Under the pieces are notes generated by a model. The model was not told the origin of the DNA. It searched no databases and was given only the letters and a program-made list of their open reading frames with translations. The translations under genes were made by a program, and so were the position numbers. Positions 10,635 through 23,741 of a stretch of DNA of 64,000 nucleotides are shown here, piece by piece (positions within the stretch are counted from its first letter, which is position 1; every line of letters starts with the position of its first letter). Source of the DNA: an uncultured Gammaproteobacteria bacterium (GTDB taxonomy: Bacteria > Pseudomonadota > Gammaproteobacteria > JABCZS01); the NCBI GenBank assembly GCA_964383495.1, contig CAYLHG010000002.1, forward strand, positions 94,137 through 158,136, in the 5' to 3' direction.

Positions 10635-11123
10635 CTAACGATACGGCGCATCCTCTGCCCTATCCGCCGCCAATTGCGCTTCATACTTATCTCCAATCAC
10701 CAATAATTGCGGCTTGGTGATGATTGATTCACTGCGATTTTCAAATGCATATTCCATAATATTGGTTTCAACAATTGAATCCACAGGGCAAGATTCTTCA
10801 CAAAATCCACAATAAATGCATTTGAATAAATCAATGTCATAACGCGTGGTGCGGCGTGTTCCATCTGCACGCGGCGCTGATTCAATAGTAATTGCCAAGG
10901 CAGGACAAACTGCTTCACATAATTTACATGCAATGCAACGCTCTTCGCCATTTGGATAACGACGCAATGCATGCAACCCACGAAAACGTACAGAGCGTGG
11001 TGTTTTTTGCTCAGGGTACATCAACGTAACTTTACGGCTGAATAAATGCCGACCCGTCACTCCCAAACCCTGCAACAGTTCCCACAGTAAAAATGTTTTG
11101 AAAAAATGCTTTAGTTTACCCAT
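10635..11123 (-). CDS. nuoI: NADH-quinone oxidoreductase subunit I (2x[4Fe-4S] ferredoxin).
   Basis: Two CxxCxxCxxxCP motifs ([12 protein letters not shown] and [12 protein letters not shown]). The start is chosen at MGKLK, which has a GAGGA SD. Confidence 0.9.
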   Translation of the reverse strand: MGKLKHFFKTFLLWELLQGLGVTGRHLFSRKVTLMYPEQKTPRSVRFRGLHALRRYPNGEERCIACKLCEAVCPALAITIESAPRADGTRRTTRYDIDLFKCIYCGFCEESCPVDSIVETNIMEYAFENRSESIITKPQLLVIGDKYEAQLAADRAEDAPYR

Positions 11124-11130
11124 ACTTTCC

Positions 11131-12159
11131 TCACGCAAACCATGGCGGCAACTTCATGGCAATCATCATGGCTAATACAACAATCCAAACTAACGTTACC
11201 GGAATGAAGATTTTCCAACCCAAACGCATGAGTTGATCGTAACGAAACCGTGGAAAAGTTGCTCGGAACCAAAGATACAAGAATAAAAAGAAACCTGTTT
11301 TCGCTAATAGCCACACAATACCGGGAACCCATGCTGTGGCTTGTGATAATAGAGGAACGCCTTCAAAAGGTGAATGCCAACCACCCAAGTAAAAAATAGA
11401 AGCAAGCACAGCCATCAAAATCATATTGGCGTATTCTGCTAAGAAAAATATAGCAAACGCCATCCCTGCATATTCAACATGAAAGCCCGCCACAATTTCA
11501 GACTCACCTTCTGCCAAATCGAACGGCGCACGGTTCGTTTCAGCCACAGCAGAAATCCAATGCACCACAAACAATGGAAATAATGGAATAAAAAACCAAT
11601 GTGCCATTCCACCACTTTGCGCTGCTACAATATCAGATAAATTTAAAGACCCCGCAGCCATTAACACACCCACCAGTGCAAAACCCATGGGGATTTCATA
11701 AGAAATAATTTGTGCAGCCGATCGCAGCGCGCCTAATAAAGCGTATTTCGAATTAGAAGCCCACCCTGCAATCACAATGCCGTAAACACCTAACGAGGTA
11801 GTGGCTAACACGTACAATACGCCCGCATTGACATTCGCTAAAACAACGTGGTCTTGAAATGGCACAACCGCCCATGCGGCAAGCGAAGCTGCCATCGTAA
11901 TCATAGGTGCCAGCAAGAATAAAAATAAATTTGCTTTAACAGGTAACACTATTTCTTTTAAAAATAATTTAATGCCGTCTGCAATAGGTTGCAACAATCC
12001 TAACGGGCCTACACGATTAGGGCCTACCCTGTCTTGCATGTATCCAATGATTTTCCGTTCTGCATACATTAAATAGGCAACGCCTAATATCACTGGCAAC
12101 ACAATCAGCGCAGATTTTACGACGATCCAAAAAAGTGTGTTCAATAATGTCATTATCAT
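11131..12159 (-). CDS. nuoH: NADH-quinone oxidoreductase subunit H.
   Basis: ND1-like membrane subunit, 342 aa. Confidence 0.9.
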   Translation of the reverse strand: MIMTLLNTLFWIVVKSALIVLPVILGVAYLMYAERKIIGYMQDRVGPNRVGPLGLLQPIADGIKLFLKEIVLPVKANLFLFLLAPMITMAASLAAWAVVPFQDHVVLANVNAGVLYVLATTSLGVYGIVIAGWASNSKYALLGALRSAAQIISYEIPMGFALVGVLMAAGSLNLSDIVAAQSGGMAHWFFIPLFPLFVVHWISAVAETNRAPFDLAEGESEIVAGFHVEYAGMAFAIFFLAEYANMILMAVLASIFYLGGWHSPFEGVPLLSQATAWVPGIVWLLAKTGFFLFLYLWFRATFPRFRYDQLMRLGWKIFIPVTLVWIVVLAMMIAMKLPPWFA

Positions 12160-14450
12160 GAATCATTCCCCACGCTAATCGCTGCAAACCCTGAGCCTAA
12201 TTTGGCTTGCTCTGGTAATCCATACGCTACAAATACGCTGTGTTCAGGTAAGCGCGGATTTAAAACGAGCGGCAAATATGCCTCTCCTTCTTCTTGCACC
12301 ACACGCACCACTTCCCCTTCTTTTAATCCTAATGATGCAAATAACGCAGATGAGACATGGACACCTTGTACTGCGAGTGCATCATTCGTAGCTTGCAAAG
12401 ACTCTGAACGACGTGTCAGCATATCCACGTTGTAAATAGGTGTTTCTGCAACACGCACATAACCTTGGAGCGGAACAACTGCATGCGCAGGCTTTACCCA
12501 AGCCGCTGCTTTTTTAGTTTCAGTAGTTGCATATTTTTTCAAGTCATCTTGAACTGTTTCTAACGTCTCAAAATGCATATTTTCTAAGCGGCATAATTCT
12601 GCAAGTGCAGTGCATATTTTCCATGCAGGACGCGCCTGACCTTTTGGCAGCACCGCTGCTTGAAAATATTGCCAATCACCTTGCACGTTCACAAACGTAC
12701 CACTCATTTCAGAAAAAGGTGTAGCTGGTAGCAACACGTGTGCCCAATCGCGCATATTAGCACTTGCATGCGTTGTCATGCACACAACCGCTTGCGCGGC
12801 ACGCAATGCCTTTTTAACCATTGCACCATAAGCACAATCCAATGGTGGCTCTACATTTAAAAACACATATCCTTTACGATGATGCTGGAACATTTCTTTT
12901 GAATGCATGCCTACATTCGCTGCCGCGCCACCGGGAATGCGATGCGGCACACACCCTGCCAGCCATGCGCCTGCACTATTTGCGCCTTCTGTCAGCAGGC
13001 CTAATGTTGCTTGATATTCTGTTGATAATGTATGCGCTACATGGCGAATATGTGCTGCATGAGGATGATGTAACGCTTGCGCACCCAATAAAATGGCGAT
13101 TTTTTTGCCTGATGTTAGTATTGCTTTTGTTTCACTCACCGCTTGAGTTAAAGCAGCTAATAAATCGCCACGATCTGCAATAAAACGTGCAGCAACAGGC
13201 AAATTCATATCATTGTTTATTACATCCGCTACAATAATCTTTGCACCATTTTTAGATGCTTTATGCACACGATGCCACAATAAAGGCTGTTCTTTTCGCA
13301 GATGAGAACCCACCAACATTATCACATCTGCTGTTTCTAGTTCAGCAATCGGCATACCCAGTTCTGGATATAATGGAAAAGCAGCCTGATCAGAAAAATC
13401 TTGTGCTTTAAGACGGTGATCAATATTGTCAACACCCAATCCGCGCAACCACGCTTGGAAAGCGTGCATATTTTCGATCGTTTCACTCGAAGAAACTAAA
13501 GCACCTATATTAGATGCACCACCTTCTTCATGCAGAACTGTTTGCAACAATGTCACTGTATGTTCCAGCGCTGTTGCCCAATCTACCACCTTCCATTTTC
13601 CATCCACTTTAATTTCAGGAACAGTAAGACGATCTGCTGCTGCAGCACCTAAATGCCCATAACGATCACGATCGGAAATCCACACCTCATTCACCGCTTC
13701 ACATTCTTTTGGCACTGCACGCATCACCTCATTGCGACGCTCATGCAAATACATGTGAGATCCAACACAATCATGTGGACCAATCACAGCACGTTGCCTT
13801 AATTCCCAAGGCCGTGCTTTAAATTGAAAAGGTTTATCCGTTAACGCGCCCACAGGGCAAATATCAATCACATTGCCTGATAATTCTGAATCCACATTTT
13901 TCTTCACATACGTTGTAATTTTAGTGAATTCGCCCCGGTCCACAGCACCTAATTCACGGATCCCTGAAATTTCATCACCAAAACGAATACAACGTGTGCA
14001 ATGAATGCAACGCGTCATGTAAGTCGCCACTAACGGGCCCAAATCAGGATCTTCTACACTGCGCTTTCCTTCTGTGTATTCGGAAATTCCCTCTCCATAT
14101 CCCATGGAAACATCTTGCAATTCACATTCACCACCCTGATCACATACAGGGCAATCAAGCGGATGATTGATCAGCAAAAATTCCATCACAATACGCTGCG
14201 CTTCTAAAGCCATTGGAGAGCGCGTCAATACTTTCATACCTTCGGTGATAGGCGTTGCACAGGCAGGCATGGGCTTAGGAGCCTTTTCTACTTGCACTAA
14301 GCACATCCGGCAATTTGCTGCGATAGATAATTTTTTATGATAGCAAAAACGAGGAATACGAATATTATTTTCGTCTGCCACTTCAATAATCATCTGACCC
14401 TGCTCAGCTTGAACAGACTTGCCATTAATTTCAAAGGTTACTTTACTCAA
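12156..14450 (-). CDS. nuoG: NADH-quinone oxidoreductase subunit G (75-kDa Fe-S subunit).
   Basis: N-terminal 2Fe-2S and 4Fe-4S Cys clusters ([27 protein letters not shown]) followed by a molybdopterin-like domain. Confidence 0.9.
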   Translation of the reverse strand: MSKVTFEINGKSVQAEQGQMIIEVADENNIRIPRFCYHKKLSIAANCRMCLVQVEKAPKPMPACATPITEGMKVLTRSPMALEAQRIVMEFLLINHPLDCPVCDQGGECELQDVSMGYGEGISEYTEGKRSVEDPDLGPLVATYMTRCIHCTRCIRFGDEISGIRELGAVDRGEFTKITTYVKKNVDSELSGNVIDICPVGALTDKPFQFKARPWELRQRAVIGPHDCVGSHMYLHERRNEVMRAVPKECEAVNEVWISDRDRYGHLGAAAADRLTVPEIKVDGKWKVVDWATALEHTVTLLQTVLHEEGGASNIGALVSSSETIENMHAFQAWLRGLGVDNIDHRLKAQDFSDQAAFPLYPELGMPIAELETADVIMLVGSHLRKEQPLLWHRVHKASKNGAKIIVADVINNDMNLPVAARFIADRGDLLAALTQAVSETKAILTSGKKIAILLGAQALHHPHAAHIRHVAHTLSTEYQATLGLLTEGANSAGAWLAGCVPHRIPGGAAANVGMHSKEMFQHHRKGYVFLNVEPPLDCAYGAMVKKALRAAQAVVCMTTHASANMRDWAHVLLPATPFSEMSGTFVNVQGDWQYFQAAVLPKGQARPAWKICTALAELCRLENMHFETLETVQDDLKKYATTETKKAAAWVKPAHAVVPLQGYVRVAETPIYNVDMLTRRSESLQATNDALAVQGVHVSSALFASLGLKEGEVVRVVQEEGEAYLPLVLNPRLPEHSVFVAYGLPEQAKLGSGFAAISVGNDS

Positions 14451-14458
14451 CGCTCACC

Positions 14459-15718
14459 TCAAGCTTTTGGATTCACCAGAGCATCAAACTCTGATCTAAA
14501 ATGCTTAATAAAACTCAACACAGGCATGGCTGCTGCATCTGCCAATGCACAAATTGTTCGGCCCATCATTTTATTGGAAACGTCCTCTAATTTATCTAAA
14601 TCTTCACGCGTCCCTTCCCCGTGTAATACACGATGCAACATACGTGATAACCAACCTGTTCCTTCTCGGCATGGCGTACATTGCCCGCATGATTCTTCAA
14701 AATAAAATTCAGAAATGCGCGCCAACACTTTTACCATGTCTGTGGTTTCATCCATTACAATCACAGAACCTGCACCTAACATACTGCCGGCTTTTGAAAG
14801 TGATTCATAATCCATATTCACATCCATCATGATGTGCGCGGGCAATACAGGCACGGAAGACCCACCCGGGATCACTGCTTTTAATGCGCGACCATTCAAC
14901 ATCCCGCCTGCCATCTCAAGTAGTGTCTTAAAGGGTGTGCCCATCGGAACTTCATAATTACCAGGACGGTTAACGTGACCCGAAATAGAAAAAATTTTCG
15001 TCCCACCACTTTTTTCAGTGCCCATGTTGGCAAACCATTCTGCACCTTTTTCCAAAATCATGGGTACGGATGCATAACTTTCTGTGTTATTAATAATCGT
15101 AGGGCAACCATATAAACCAAAATTAGCAGGGAAAGGTGGCTTGAAACGTGGAAAACCTTTTTTACCTTCTAATGATTCTAATAGCGCAGTTTCTTCACCA
15201 CAAATATAAGCCCCAGCGCCAATCATAGTGTGTAATTCAAAATCAACACCGCTTCCTAAAATATTTTTACCCAGTAATCCTGCGGCGCGCGCTTCTCCTA
15301 ATGCTTTTTCAGATACTTCAATGGGCTCAATATATTCACCACGAATATAATTGTAACCCACCGTTGCATTCAAAATGTAACCTGCAATCGCCATTCCCTC
15401 AATCAATTGATGAGGATTGTATCGCAAAATATCACGATCTTTAAATGTGCCTGGTTCACCTTCATCAGAATTACATACTACGTATTTTTGTCCTGCACGA
15501 TGACGTGGCATGAAACTCCACTTCAAACCGGTTGGAAAACCCGCACCACCGCGCCCGCGCAATCCAGATTTTTTAATTTCTTCAATCAAAGCATCTGCCG
15601 CAGGTTTTTCTTTTAAAATACGGCGCCATACACTATAACCACCTAATGCTTCATAAGTAGACAAAGCAGCAGGATCTTTTTTATCTAATGTGCGAAAGCA
15701 AACCTGGTTAATTAGCAT
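14459..15718 (-). CDS. nuoF: NADH-quinone oxidoreductase subunit F (FMN/NADH-binding).
   Basis: Carries [10 protein letters not shown] and the C-terminal 4Fe-4S motif [12 protein letters not shown]. Confidence 0.9.
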   Translation of the reverse strand: MLINQVCFRTLDKKDPAALSTYEALGGYSVWRRILKEKPAADALIEEIKKSGLRGRGGAGFPTGLKWSFMPRHRAGQKYVVCNSDEGEPGTFKDRDILRYNPHQLIEGMAIAGYILNATVGYNYIRGEYIEPIEVSEKALGEARAAGLLGKNILGSGVDFELHTMIGAGAYICGEETALLESLEGKKGFPRFKPPFPANFGLYGCPTIINNTESYASVPMILEKGAEWFANMGTEKSGGTKIFSISGHVNRPGNYEVPMGTPFKTLLEMAGGMLNGRALKAVIPGGSSVPVLPAHIMMDVNMDYESLSKAGSMLGAGSVIVMDETTDMVKVLARISEFYFEESCGQCTPCREGTGWLSRMLHRVLHGEGTREDLDKLEDVSNKMMGRTICALADAAAMPVLSFIKHFRSEFDALVNPKA

Positions 15719-16212
15719 GATGACCCCTCCCGCACTTTCGCCAAAATAGCATCGATTTTTTCGGGTGTTAGATTTTCGTGATAAGTATCATCCAACATCA
15801 TGGCTGGTGCGCCACCACAAGCACCCAAACACTCCACATGATGCAATGAAAATTGTTGATCAGATGTCGTTTCTTTGAAATCAATTTTCAATGTTTTTTT
15901 CAAATGCGAAACCACTTCTTCAGAGCCACGCAACATGCATGAAATATTCGTACAAACACAAATTTTATGTTTTCCACGCGGTTTCAAATCAAACATGGAG
16001 TAAAAAGTAGCTACTTCATATACAGCAATATGCGGCATATTCAAATAATCACCTACTGCGTTCATCATCGGTACTGATAAGTAACCTTCTTGTCGCTGTA
16101 CTAATGTCAATGCAGGAATAACAGCCGAACGTTTTTGTTCGGAGGGGAATTTTGCAACCCACACATCAATAGCAGCTTTGAGCGCGTCGCTTAATACATA
16201 TACATCGTTCAT
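15712..16212 (-). CDS. nuoE: NADH-quinone oxidoreductase subunit E (2Fe-2S).
   Basis: Thioredoxin-like 2Fe-2S subunit with Cys motifs CVCTNISC and CLGACGGAP. Confidence 0.9.
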   Translation of the reverse strand: MNDVYVLSDALKAAIDVWVAKFPSEQKRSAVIPALTLVQRQEGYLSVPMMNAVGDYLNMPHIAVYEVATFYSMFDLKPRGKHKICVCTNISCMLRGSEEVVSHLKKTLKIDFKETTSDQQFSLHHVECLGACGGAPAMMLDDTYHENLTPEKIDAILAKVREGSSC

Positions 16213-17462
16213 CAGCGATCTATCTCCCCAAATACAATATCTTGTGTTCCAATGATGGTGACTACGTCAGACAACATATGCCCTTTCACCATTTCATCCA
16301 ATGCTGCCAAATGTGCAAACCCTGCAGCGCGTACTTTTAAACGATACGGTTTATTTGCGCCATCTGACACCAAATACACACCAAATTCACCTTTAGGATG
16401 TTCTACTGCGGCATAAGCTTCGCCAGCAGGAATGCAAAAACCTTCTGTAAATAATTTAAAATGATGAATCATTGCTTCCATATCATTTTTCATTGTTTCA
16501 CGTTTGGGCGGAACCACTTTCATATCGTCTACTACAACAGGCCCAGGATTGTGACGAAGCCAATCTACGCATTGACGAATAATATAATTTGATTGGCGCA
16601 TCTCTTCCATGCGCACTAAATAACGATCATAAGAATCACCATTTTTTCCGACAGGAATATCAAAATCTATCTTCTCGTAAGCTGCATAAGGTTGTTTCTT
16701 ACGTAAATCCCACGCAATGCCTGAACCTCTTAACATCGGGCCAGTGAAACCTAATGCAATCGCACGCTCAGGTGAAACAACACCAATCCCCACAGTGCGT
16801 TGTTTCCAAATACGATTATCTGTTAGCAATGTTTCGTATTCATCCACACATTTAGGAAAACGTTCAGTGAAATTTTGAATAAAATCCAATAAAGAACCTT
16901 CACGATTCTCATTTCGCCATTTTAAATCTTTTGCTTTGAATTGTGCTGCATTGTATTTCGGCATACGTGCAGGTAGATCACGATACACACCGCCAGGACG
17001 ATAATAAGTTGCATGCAGCCGCGCACCCGACACAGCTTCATAACAGTCCATCAAATCTTCACGCTCACGGAAAGCGTACAAAAACATTGTCATTGCACCC
17101 ACGTCTAATGCATGCGCGCCAATCCACAATAAATGATTTAAAATGCGCGTGATTTCATCAAACATCGTACGAATATATTGTGCACGGATGGGCGCCGTAA
17201 TCCCTAACAATTTTTCCATCGCCAAGACATAACCATGCTCATTACACAGCATGGATACGTAATCCAAACGGTCCATGTAACCAATGCTTTGATTATAAGG
17301 TTTACTTTCTGCCAGCTTTTCTGTAGCGCGGTGCAATAATCCTACATGAGGATCAGCACTAACAACTGTTTCACCATCTAATTCTAAAATCAAACGCAAT
17401 ACCCCGTGCGCCGCCGGATGCTGCGGGCCAAAATTGAGCGTGTAATTTTTAATTTCTGACAT
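16212..17462 (-). CDS. nuoD: NADH-quinone oxidoreductase subunit D.
   Basis: 49-kDa subunit homolog, 416 aa. Encoded separately from nuoC. Confidence 0.9.
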   Translation of the reverse strand: MSEIKNYTLNFGPQHPAAHGVLRLILELDGETVVSADPHVGLLHRATEKLAESKPYNQSIGYMDRLDYVSMLCNEHGYVLAMEKLLGITAPIRAQYIRTMFDEITRILNHLLWIGAHALDVGAMTMFLYAFREREDLMDCYEAVSGARLHATYYRPGGVYRDLPARMPKYNAAQFKAKDLKWRNENREGSLLDFIQNFTERFPKCVDEYETLLTDNRIWKQRTVGIGVVSPERAIALGFTGPMLRGSGIAWDLRKKQPYAAYEKIDFDIPVGKNGDSYDRYLVRMEEMRQSNYIIRQCVDWLRHNPGPVVVDDMKVVPPKRETMKNDMEAMIHHFKLFTEGFCIPAGEAYAAVEHPKGEFGVYLVSDGANKPYRLKVRAAGFAHLAALDEMVKGHMLSDVVTIIGTQDIVFGEIDR

Positions 17463-18121
17463 TACTCACCCTCTTCCAACAAATAACGATTATCATCGCG
17501 GATCACTTTCGGCACTAATACACGCGGCTCAATGCTCACAGGTTGGTATATCACGCGTTTTTCTTGTGCATCATAACGCACTTCAACATAACCTGATTGC
17601 GGAAAATCTTTCCGGAAAGGATGCCCTACAAAACCGTAATCCGTTAAAATACGGCGCAAATCAGGATGATTGTTAAAATAAATACCATATAAATCGAATG
17701 CTTCGCGCTCAAACCAATTGGCTGCGGGCCAAAGATCACACACACTTTCGATGATTAAATCGCTGTCATCCACAAATGCTTTCACTCGAATACGATGATT
17801 ATGTGTTAACGACAATAAGTGATATACCACTGCAAAACGAGGCCCGTTATCTCTCGGCATCACTGCCACACCACGACTAAAGCCCGTATTCGGTGCTGCA
17901 TCTGTTTTCCATTCATCTTGGCCGTAAATTAAATAATCAACACCGCAAACATCTATCAATTGCTCAAACGCTAATTCGGCTGTATCTCTCAGAGTGGCGC
18001 ACACATCATGGCAACGCGCCGCTGCCACTTCAACGGTTAACTCCCCCACAGCAACGGTGCTGCGTAAGACGCTTAATCCTAATATTTGCGCGACGCGTTC
18101 TGCTAAAGCATCTATTTTCAT
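17462..18121 (-). CDS. nuoC: NADH-quinone oxidoreductase subunit C.
   Basis: 30-kDa subunit homolog, 219 aa. Confidence 0.9.
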   Translation of the reverse strand: MKIDALAERVAQILGLSVLRSTVAVGELTVEVAAARCHDVCATLRDTAELAFEQLIDVCGVDYLIYGQDEWKTDAAPNTGFSRGVAVMPRDNGPRFAVVYHLLSLTHNHRIRVKAFVDDSDLIIESVCDLWPAANWFEREAFDLYGIYFNNHPDLRRILTDYGFVGHPFRKDFPQSGYVEVRYDAQEKRVIYQPVSIEPRVLVPKVIRDDNRYLLEEGE

Positions 18122-18636
18122 GCTTTTGCTCCTTCTTCATAGCGCGCGATAGTAGCCGTGCGTTTGATTTTATTTTGCAATTGAATAATCCCCCAGATCA
18201 ACGCTTCTGCAGTAGGAGGACAACCAGGCACATAAATATCCACAGGAACAATGCGATCACAACCACGAACAACAGAGTAAGAATAATGGTAGTAACCGCC
18301 GCCGTTCGCGCAAGACCCCATGGAAATTACCCAGCGGGGCTCTGCCATTTGATCGTAAACTTTACGCAACGCAGGCGCCATCTTATTGCATAACGTGCCG
18401 GCAACAATCATCACGTCAGATTGACGAGGGCTGGGGCGAAAAACCACGCCAAAGCGGTCTAAGTCATAACGCGCTGCGCCCGCATGCATCATTTCTACCG
18501 CACAACACGCTAAACCAAATGTCATTGGCCACATGGAACCCGTACGCGCCCAATTGATCAAATAATCAGCTGACGTCGTCACAAAGCCTTTCTTTAAAAT
18601 GCCTTCTATTCCCATTCCAAGGCTCCTTTTTTCCAT
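18118..18636 (-). CDS. nuoB: NADH-quinone oxidoreductase subunit B (4Fe-4S N2).
   Basis: [10 protein letters not shown]...[21 protein letters not shown]...PGCPP motifs. The start is ambiguous between 18636 and 18618; both overlap the nuoA end. Confidence 0.9.
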   Translation of the reverse strand: MEKRSLGMGIEGILKKGFVTTSADYLINWARTGSMWPMTFGLACCAVEMMHAGAARYDLDRFGVVFRPSPRQSDVMIVAGTLCNKMAPALRKVYDQMAEPRWVISMGSCANGGGYYHYSYSVVRGCDRIVPVDIYVPGCPPTAEALIWGIIQLQNKIKRTATIARYEEGAKA

Positions 18637-18962
18637 TCATATACAAACCCAATGGTGAGCAAGCCCAAAAAGATACCCATGGCAATCAAAGGCGCCCAAC
18701 CCAAAGATTGGAATACAACCGCCCAAGGAAATAAAAATGCAATTTCGAGATCAAAGATAATGAAAAGAATGGCCACAAGGTAATATCGAACATCAAATTG
18801 CATGCGTGCATCTTCAAATGGCTCAAACCCACACTCGTAAGGAGAATCTTTTTGTTTATCAGGCCGAGAAGGGGCAAGGATTAAGCCCAATAACACGGGC
18901 GCCACACCCACCACCATGGAGATGGTAATAAAAACGATCACAGGAAGATAGTTTTCTAGCAT
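18606..18962 (-). CDS. nuoA: NADH-quinone oxidoreductase subunit A.
   Basis: 118 aa with 3 TM helices. First gene of the operon. Confidence 0.85.
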   Translation of the reverse strand: MLENYLPVIVFITISMVVGVAPVLLGLILAPSRPDKQKDSPYECGFEPFEDARMQFDVRYYLVAILFIIFDLEIAFLFPWAVVFQSLGWAPLIAMGIFLGLLTIGFVYEWKKGALEWE

Positions 18963-19056
18963 GTATCACCCAGGTACAGTCGCAAGTTACACGGATTATA
19001 CCAAATTTTGGGTGGAAGGCGTAATAAAAAATGTCATTATATAGCGTGGCTTAATA

Positions 19057-20301
19057 TTATGGTTTGGTATTTGGGCTTGAAGGCTCTGTTACTGGCGCTG
19101 TGACAGGTTGAGGGCGCACTTGCTCAGGGATATCACTTGTTAATGCAAACTTGATGCCCTCTTTATCATCGCGCACCAGGGTTGCCTCAGCAGCACCAAC
19201 TGAAAAATTAAGCTGCCAACGCTCTGCTAAGTGAATAGGTGCTAGCAATCTAGCTTCTTCAGGATCATTCTCCATCGATTGGTATGTTTCAAACCAAAAA
19301 TCTTCTACAATACTTACTTTCCCATCAGTAATATGAATATCCAATTTGTACTCATCAGGCTTTGTCATCATAATTGGAATAGATCTTTCAGCCCCAACTT
19401 CCATATATTTTGTTTGTAAATCATGGGCAGTCTCAAATTTTTCCAACGCTAGCTCGTCAAACCCTTGTATACCTGAATCCATTAACGCTTGGCACGTCAC
19501 CACAGACCCCATCTCCACAGATTGTTGCAACATGCCTTGTTGAGATAAAAAAGGTAACATTTTTTTAATAGCATTTTTTTCGTTGGGAAAGCGACAGAAT
19601 AAGGCTCCTTCTATCGCATTGAAAGCGAGTTTAGCATCTTGCTGCACGTCCTGAGCATTAGATTCCCGCCTATCATAAAGCACTTTGTCCCCAGACATAA
19701 CAACATAATACTCTCCAGCACCATGACTAATACGCTCTACCTTGGCAATATCGGTTAACTTTACTGTTTCACCATTAATCACAAAATTATATCTATTTTG
19801 ATGACGAAACACATCTTTCATGATGACAGCTGCATCAAGCTTCTTTTTTACTAAATTATTTGGGAAAAATGTTTTCGGCAACCTATTCAATGCAGCTACA
19901 TTAACGATAATGCCATTCTTAAAAATACCAGGAAAAGCACTTTTTGAAATCATATCTTCCATCACAACCGCCAACGGAGAAGATTGGTTTTTCAATTCTG
20001 AATGCACTGCTTTTAAATATTTCACAAACACAATCCACGAAGATACCGCTGCAGTGTCGTCAGCTGTTAGCATGCCTTTATTTGTTGGTAATAAATGGAT
20101 AGCATCTAAAATTCTCCTCACCTTGTGTTTCTCATTCAGATAATTTTGTTGTATACGGCGGGAATCAGCACCCGTTTTTGCCCATTTAAATAATTTAGGC
20201 GATGCAGATGCCGGTGATTTTTCCACTGCATGCTGACTTAAACTTAAAGCTGCAGACAAATCACTGATGAATGCTACCCTTTCCTGCATTAACCTACCCA
20301 T
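19057..20301 (-). CDS. Hypothetical protein, 414 aa. AT-rich orphan between the nuo promoter region and prmC.
   Basis: Clean ORF with a GAGGT SD 6 nt upstream. No recognisable catalytic motif. Confidence 0.55.
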   Translation of the reverse strand: MGRLMQERVAFISDLSAALSLSQHAVEKSPASASPKLFKWAKTGADSRRIQQNYLNEKHKVRRILDAIHLLPTNKGMLTADDTAAVSSWIVFVKYLKAVHSELKNQSSPLAVVMEDMISKSAFPGIFKNGIIVNVAALNRLPKTFFPNNLVKKKLDAAVIMKDVFRHQNRYNFVINGETVKLTDIAKVERISHGAGEYYVVMSGDKVLYDRRESNAQDVQQDAKLAFNAIEGALFCRFPNEKNAIKKMLPFLSQQGMLQQSVEMGSVVTCQALMDSGIQGFDELALEKFETAHDLQTKYMEVGAERSIPIMMTKPDEYKLDIHITDGKVSIVEDFWFETYQSMENDPEEARLLAPIHLAERWQLNFSVGAAEATLVRDDKEGIKFALTSDIPEQVRPQPVTAPVTEPSSPNTKP

Positions 20302-20306
20302 TATAA

Positions 20307-20357
20307 TACCTCAAAAATCATATAGATTATGTTAGTATTATAGCTATTTTTGAGGTA
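20307..20357 (-). promoter_or_regulatory. 12-bp perfect inverted repeat (TACCTCAAAAAT ... ATTTTTGAGGTA, 27-nt spacer) whose promoter-proximal arm contains the SD of the 414-aa ORF.
   Basis: Read from the sequence. The arms are at 20307..20318 and 20346..20357. The loop contains TATAAT. Confidence 0.4.
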
Positions 20358-20612
20358 AAGCACCAGACCTGGCTATGACCTATGATGAATGCGAGCAGAA
20401 TTCATAAATGGCTTCAGCTGCTATCTACGTAACCATATGATATTAAATATTATTTATTTATGTATAAAGTTACTGCCACTGTTTAGCCCACACTTCAAAT
20501 GACTCCAGCGTCAATATGAAGGGTGCAATATTGCTTCTTTATCTTCTATCAGAGGCCATATATCCCTCTTTTACGCCACTTATGCGCTGTATTAAAGCAA
20601 TGCCAATACATT

Positions 20613-21440
20613 CTAATCCAAAATCGTCTTCCGTTCCCCGATTGTCACCCTCTCATGGCCCGACAAATCCCGCACTGTTTTAATACCCACAAACCCCGCC
20701 TGCTGCAACATAACTCGCACCGCCTCTGCTTGGGTATTCCCATGCTCTAAACAAATCATTCCATTTTTATTCAAATGAAGCATTGCTCCGTCAATTATCC
20801 GTCGCAACATCAATAATCCAGACTCCTCTGCTATCAACGCTAATTGCGGTTCGAAACGAATATCTCCTGATAAATAAGGATCCGTTGCCGCAATATAAGG
20901 AGGATTAGAAATGATTATATCAAATGAATCATGAATATTTGAAAACACATCGGACTGAACCACGCTCACATTTTTCAATTGATGACGATCAATATTACGC
21001 TGCGCAACATTTAATGCATCCATCGAAATATCTACAGCTACTACACCACAATCTGGTTTAAAATATGCTATTGAACAAGCAATCACTCCTGATCCTGTTC
21101 CAATATCTAAGACATTAGCATTCACTGGCAACAAAGATAATGCTGTTTCAATCAAACATTCTGTGTCCGGACGAGGAATTAATACATCAGGTGTTACTTC
21201 AAATAATAATCCCATGCATTCTTTTTCACCCACCAAATAAGCAACGGGAACGCCTTCTTTACGTCGAGATAATAATAACGCCCATTGTTGTTGTTCTGAT
21301 GATGTTAATACACGTTCATCATGGCTATATAAAAAACTTCGCCCCACTTTTAATACATGCGCCAACAATATTTGCGCATCTAATAAATCAAGATCGTTTG
21401 CTTGAAGCAAAGCAGACTTAACAGTAAGTTCACCGCTCAT
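20613..21440 (-). CDS. prmC: Release factor glutamine N5-methyltransferase PrmC (HemK).
   Basis: NPPY motif (IISNPPYI) and an AdoMet-binding VLDIGTGSG motif. Lies directly downstream of prfA. Confidence 0.85.
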   Translation of the reverse strand: MSGELTVKSALLQANDLDLLDAQILLAHVLKVGRSFLYSHDERVLTSSEQQQWALLLSRRKEGVPVAYLVGEKECMGLLFEVTPDVLIPRPDTECLIETALSLLPVNANVLDIGTGSGVIACSIAYFKPDCGVVAVDISMDALNVAQRNIDRHQLKNVSVVQSDVFSNIHDSFDIIISNPPYIAATDPYLSGDIRFEPQLALIAEESGLLMLRRIIDGAMLHLNKNGMICLEHGNTQAEAVRVMLQQAGFVGIKTVRDLSGHERVTIGERKTILD

Positions 21441-22518
21441 CTTGCAATGCTGCCAATAAATCTGCTTGGTATTCTTGTACCAATGCGCTGAGCACAGGCT
21501 CTAAATGTCCTTCCATCACATCTTCTAATTGATACAATGTTAAATTGATACGATGATCTGTCAAACGCCCTTGAGGGAAATTATACGTGCGAATACGTTC
21601 TGATCGATCACCCGTTCCCACCAAATTGCGCCGCGTATCTGCTTGCTCTTTTTCTTGTTTTTCACGCTCAGCACGCAATAATCTTGCTTGCAACAATGCC
21701 ATTGCTTTCGCACGGTTTTTATGTTGCGAGCGCTCATCTTGGCATTCCACCACAACACCCGTGGGAATATGTGTAATACGAATCGCAGAATCTGTTTTAT
21801 TAACGTGCTGACCGCCTGCGCCTGATGCACGATAAGTATCAATTTTTAAGTCCGCAGGATTAATATCAACAGCACCAATTTCCTCTACTTCAGGTAAAAT
21901 GGCTACGGTACAAGTGGAAGTGTGGATACGCCCCTGCGCTTCTGTTTCTGGTACGCGTTGCACACGATGCGCGCCCGATTCAAATTTTAATTTTGCATAA
22001 ACATTATCGCCCATGATTTTTGCAATCATTTCTTTAAACCCACCTTTCTCTGAGGCGTTTTGTGAAACTATTTCTACCTGCCAACCTTGCGTAGCTGCAT
22101 ACCGGCTATACATGCGAAACAAATCGCCTGCAAATATAGAAGCCTCATCACCCCCAGCACCTGCGCGAATTTCAACAAATATATTTCGACTATCGTCAGG
22201 ATCTTGTGGCAACATCAATGTTTGTAATGTTTTTTCAAGCTCAGCAATTTTATCATTCAACGCTAACAATTCTTCTTGAGCCAATGCTTTTAATTCTGGA
22301 TCACTTTCTTTAATCATAGATTGTGCCGTCATATGATCTGCATTGGCTTGCACCCATTCACGATACGCTTGGGAGACAGGTTCAATTTGCGCATATTCTT
22401 TCGAATATTCACGAAACTTATCAGGCTTGCCAATAACCCCTGCATCAGATAACAATCCTTGAAGTTCTTCAAAACGCTCAAGCACACGCTCAAGCTTACG
22501 CGCAATAGATGCATTCAT
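21430..22518 (-). CDS. prfA: Peptide chain release factor 1.
   Basis: GGQ motif ([14 protein letters not shown]) and an RF1-type tripeptide region. Overlaps hemA by 4 nt. Confidence 0.9.
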   Translation of the reverse strand: MNASIARKLERVLERFEELQGLLSDAGVIGKPDKFREYSKEYAQIEPVSQAYREWVQANADHMTAQSMIKESDPELKALAQEELLALNDKIAELEKTLQTLMLPQDPDDSRNIFVEIRAGAGGDEASIFAGDLFRMYSRYAATQGWQVEIVSQNASEKGGFKEMIAKIMGDNVYAKLKFESGAHRVQRVPETEAQGRIHTSTCTVAILPEVEEIGAVDINPADLKIDTYRASGAGGQHVNKTDSAIRITHIPTGVVVECQDERSQHKNRAKAMALLQARLLRAEREKQEKEQADTRRNLVGTGDRSERIRTYNFPQGRLTDHRINLTLYQLEDVMEGHLEPVLSALVQEYQADLLAALQDER

Positions 22519-23741
22519 GCAGAATTTTTTTCCTTATCAGTTGATAATAAATTCCCTGACGCTGTATTTTTCAAATGCAACGTCGGCAAATGTAATAATT
22601 GATTGGTTAAAGTATTTGCCAATTGCTCTAATACTTGTGACACAGGTTGACCCAACGACAAAGCACGCAATGCTTTTGACAATGCCGCATCTCGCAATTG
22701 CTCATGATGCTGACGATAGGCTCGCACATGCACAATATGTGGTTGTAGCGAATACCATTCTTGATACACATCAACTTGTTTTTTAATAATGACTTCGGCC
22801 TCTTGTGCAGCAGCCTGCCGTGCTTCTAATCCTATTTTGACGACGTCTTTTAATGCATCCATATCATACAAATAAATATCATCTAAATATTTTATTTCAG
22901 GCTCAATATCGCGCGGCACGGCTAAATCAATCATCACCATCGGTTTATGTCGACGCGATTTCATCACGCGCTCCACACATCCTTTTCCAATAATAGGAAT
23001 ATCACTTGCTGTGGCACTCACCACCATATCAACATCATATAAACATTCGCGCAATTGCCCTAATGCAATGGCTTGCGCGCCATATTCTTGCGCCAACGTT
23101 TGTGCTTTTGATAAAGTGCGATTAGCAAAAATCATGCGCGTCACACCTTCTGCTTGCAAATGTTTTGCCGTCAAAACAACCATTTCACCGGTCCCAATGA
23201 GTAAAACAGCTTTTTGAGCTAAATCAGCAAAAATATGTTTCGATAATTTAATCGCAGCAGATGCAACAGAAACAGATTGTGTTCCAATACCCGTTTTTGT
23301 GCGAATCATTTTCGCCGTTTTAAAAACCACTTGAAATAAACGTGATAATAATTTGCCAGTCGTACGTGCCTCTTGTGCCGCTGCGTAAGCATATTTCATC
23401 TGCCCTAAAATTTGAGGCTCACCTAGCACCATGGAATCAATCCCTGCCGCTACTTCCATTAAATGATAAATGGCATCACTGCCTTCATACTGATCAATCA
23501 AGGGAGCCCAAGTGGCCATGGGCAAGCCCATCCACGCTAAAAAATATTCGAATATTTTTGAATCTTTGTTAGTTTCACAAATAATTTCTAAGCGATTACA
23601 GGTAGAAAGCACCACCACCTCGGCGGCATAGGCTTTCAGAACATTTAAAGCCTCTACCAAGCGTGCAGAAGGCAAAGCCACTTGCTCCCGCAAACGCACA
23701 GGGACACGACTATGGTGAATGCCATATACAAAAAGCGCCAT
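22515..23741 (-). CDS. hemA: Glutamyl-tRNA reductase.
   Basis: [10 protein letters not shown] active-site region and an NADP-binding GTGEM motif. Conserved hemA-prfA-prmC order. Confidence 0.9.
   Translation of the reverse strand: MALFVYGIHHSRVPVRLREQVALPSARLVEALNVLKAYAAEVVVLSTCNRLEIICETNKDSKIFEYFLAWMGLPMATWAPLIDQYEGSDAIYHLMEVAAGIDSMVLGEPQILGQMKYAYAAAQEARTTGKLLSRLFQVVFKTAKMIRTKTGIGTQSVSVASAAIKLSKHIFADLAQKAVLLIGTGEMVVLTAKHLQAEGVTRMIFANRTLSKAQTLAQEYGAQAIALGQLRECLYDVDMVVSATASDIPIIGKGCVERVMKSRRHKPMVMIDLAVPRDIEPEIKYLDDIYLYDMDALKDVVKIGLEARQAAAQEAEVIIKKQVDVYQEWYSLQPHIVHVRAYRQHHEQLRDAALSKALRALSLGQPVSQVLEQLANTLTNQLLHLPTLHLKNTASGNLLSTDKEKNSA

Noticed and set aside
16212-18121. Separate nuoC and nuoD genes.
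   Set aside because: The NuoCD fusion is an enterobacterial peculiarity. Separate genes are the norm.
4694-18962. Numerous 60-120-aa ORFs on the plus strand inside nuo genes (e.g. 5226..5414, 7680..7922, 12821..13183, 17893..18393).
   Set aside because: These are shadow ORFs antisense to strongly conserved complex I genes. They have no SD sequences and no motif content.
20523-20750. 75-aa plus-strand ORF overlapping the prmC 3' end and the intergenic region.
   Set aside because: It has no SD and overlaps prmC. The region is more likely the promoter/5' UTR of the 414-aa minus-strand gene.
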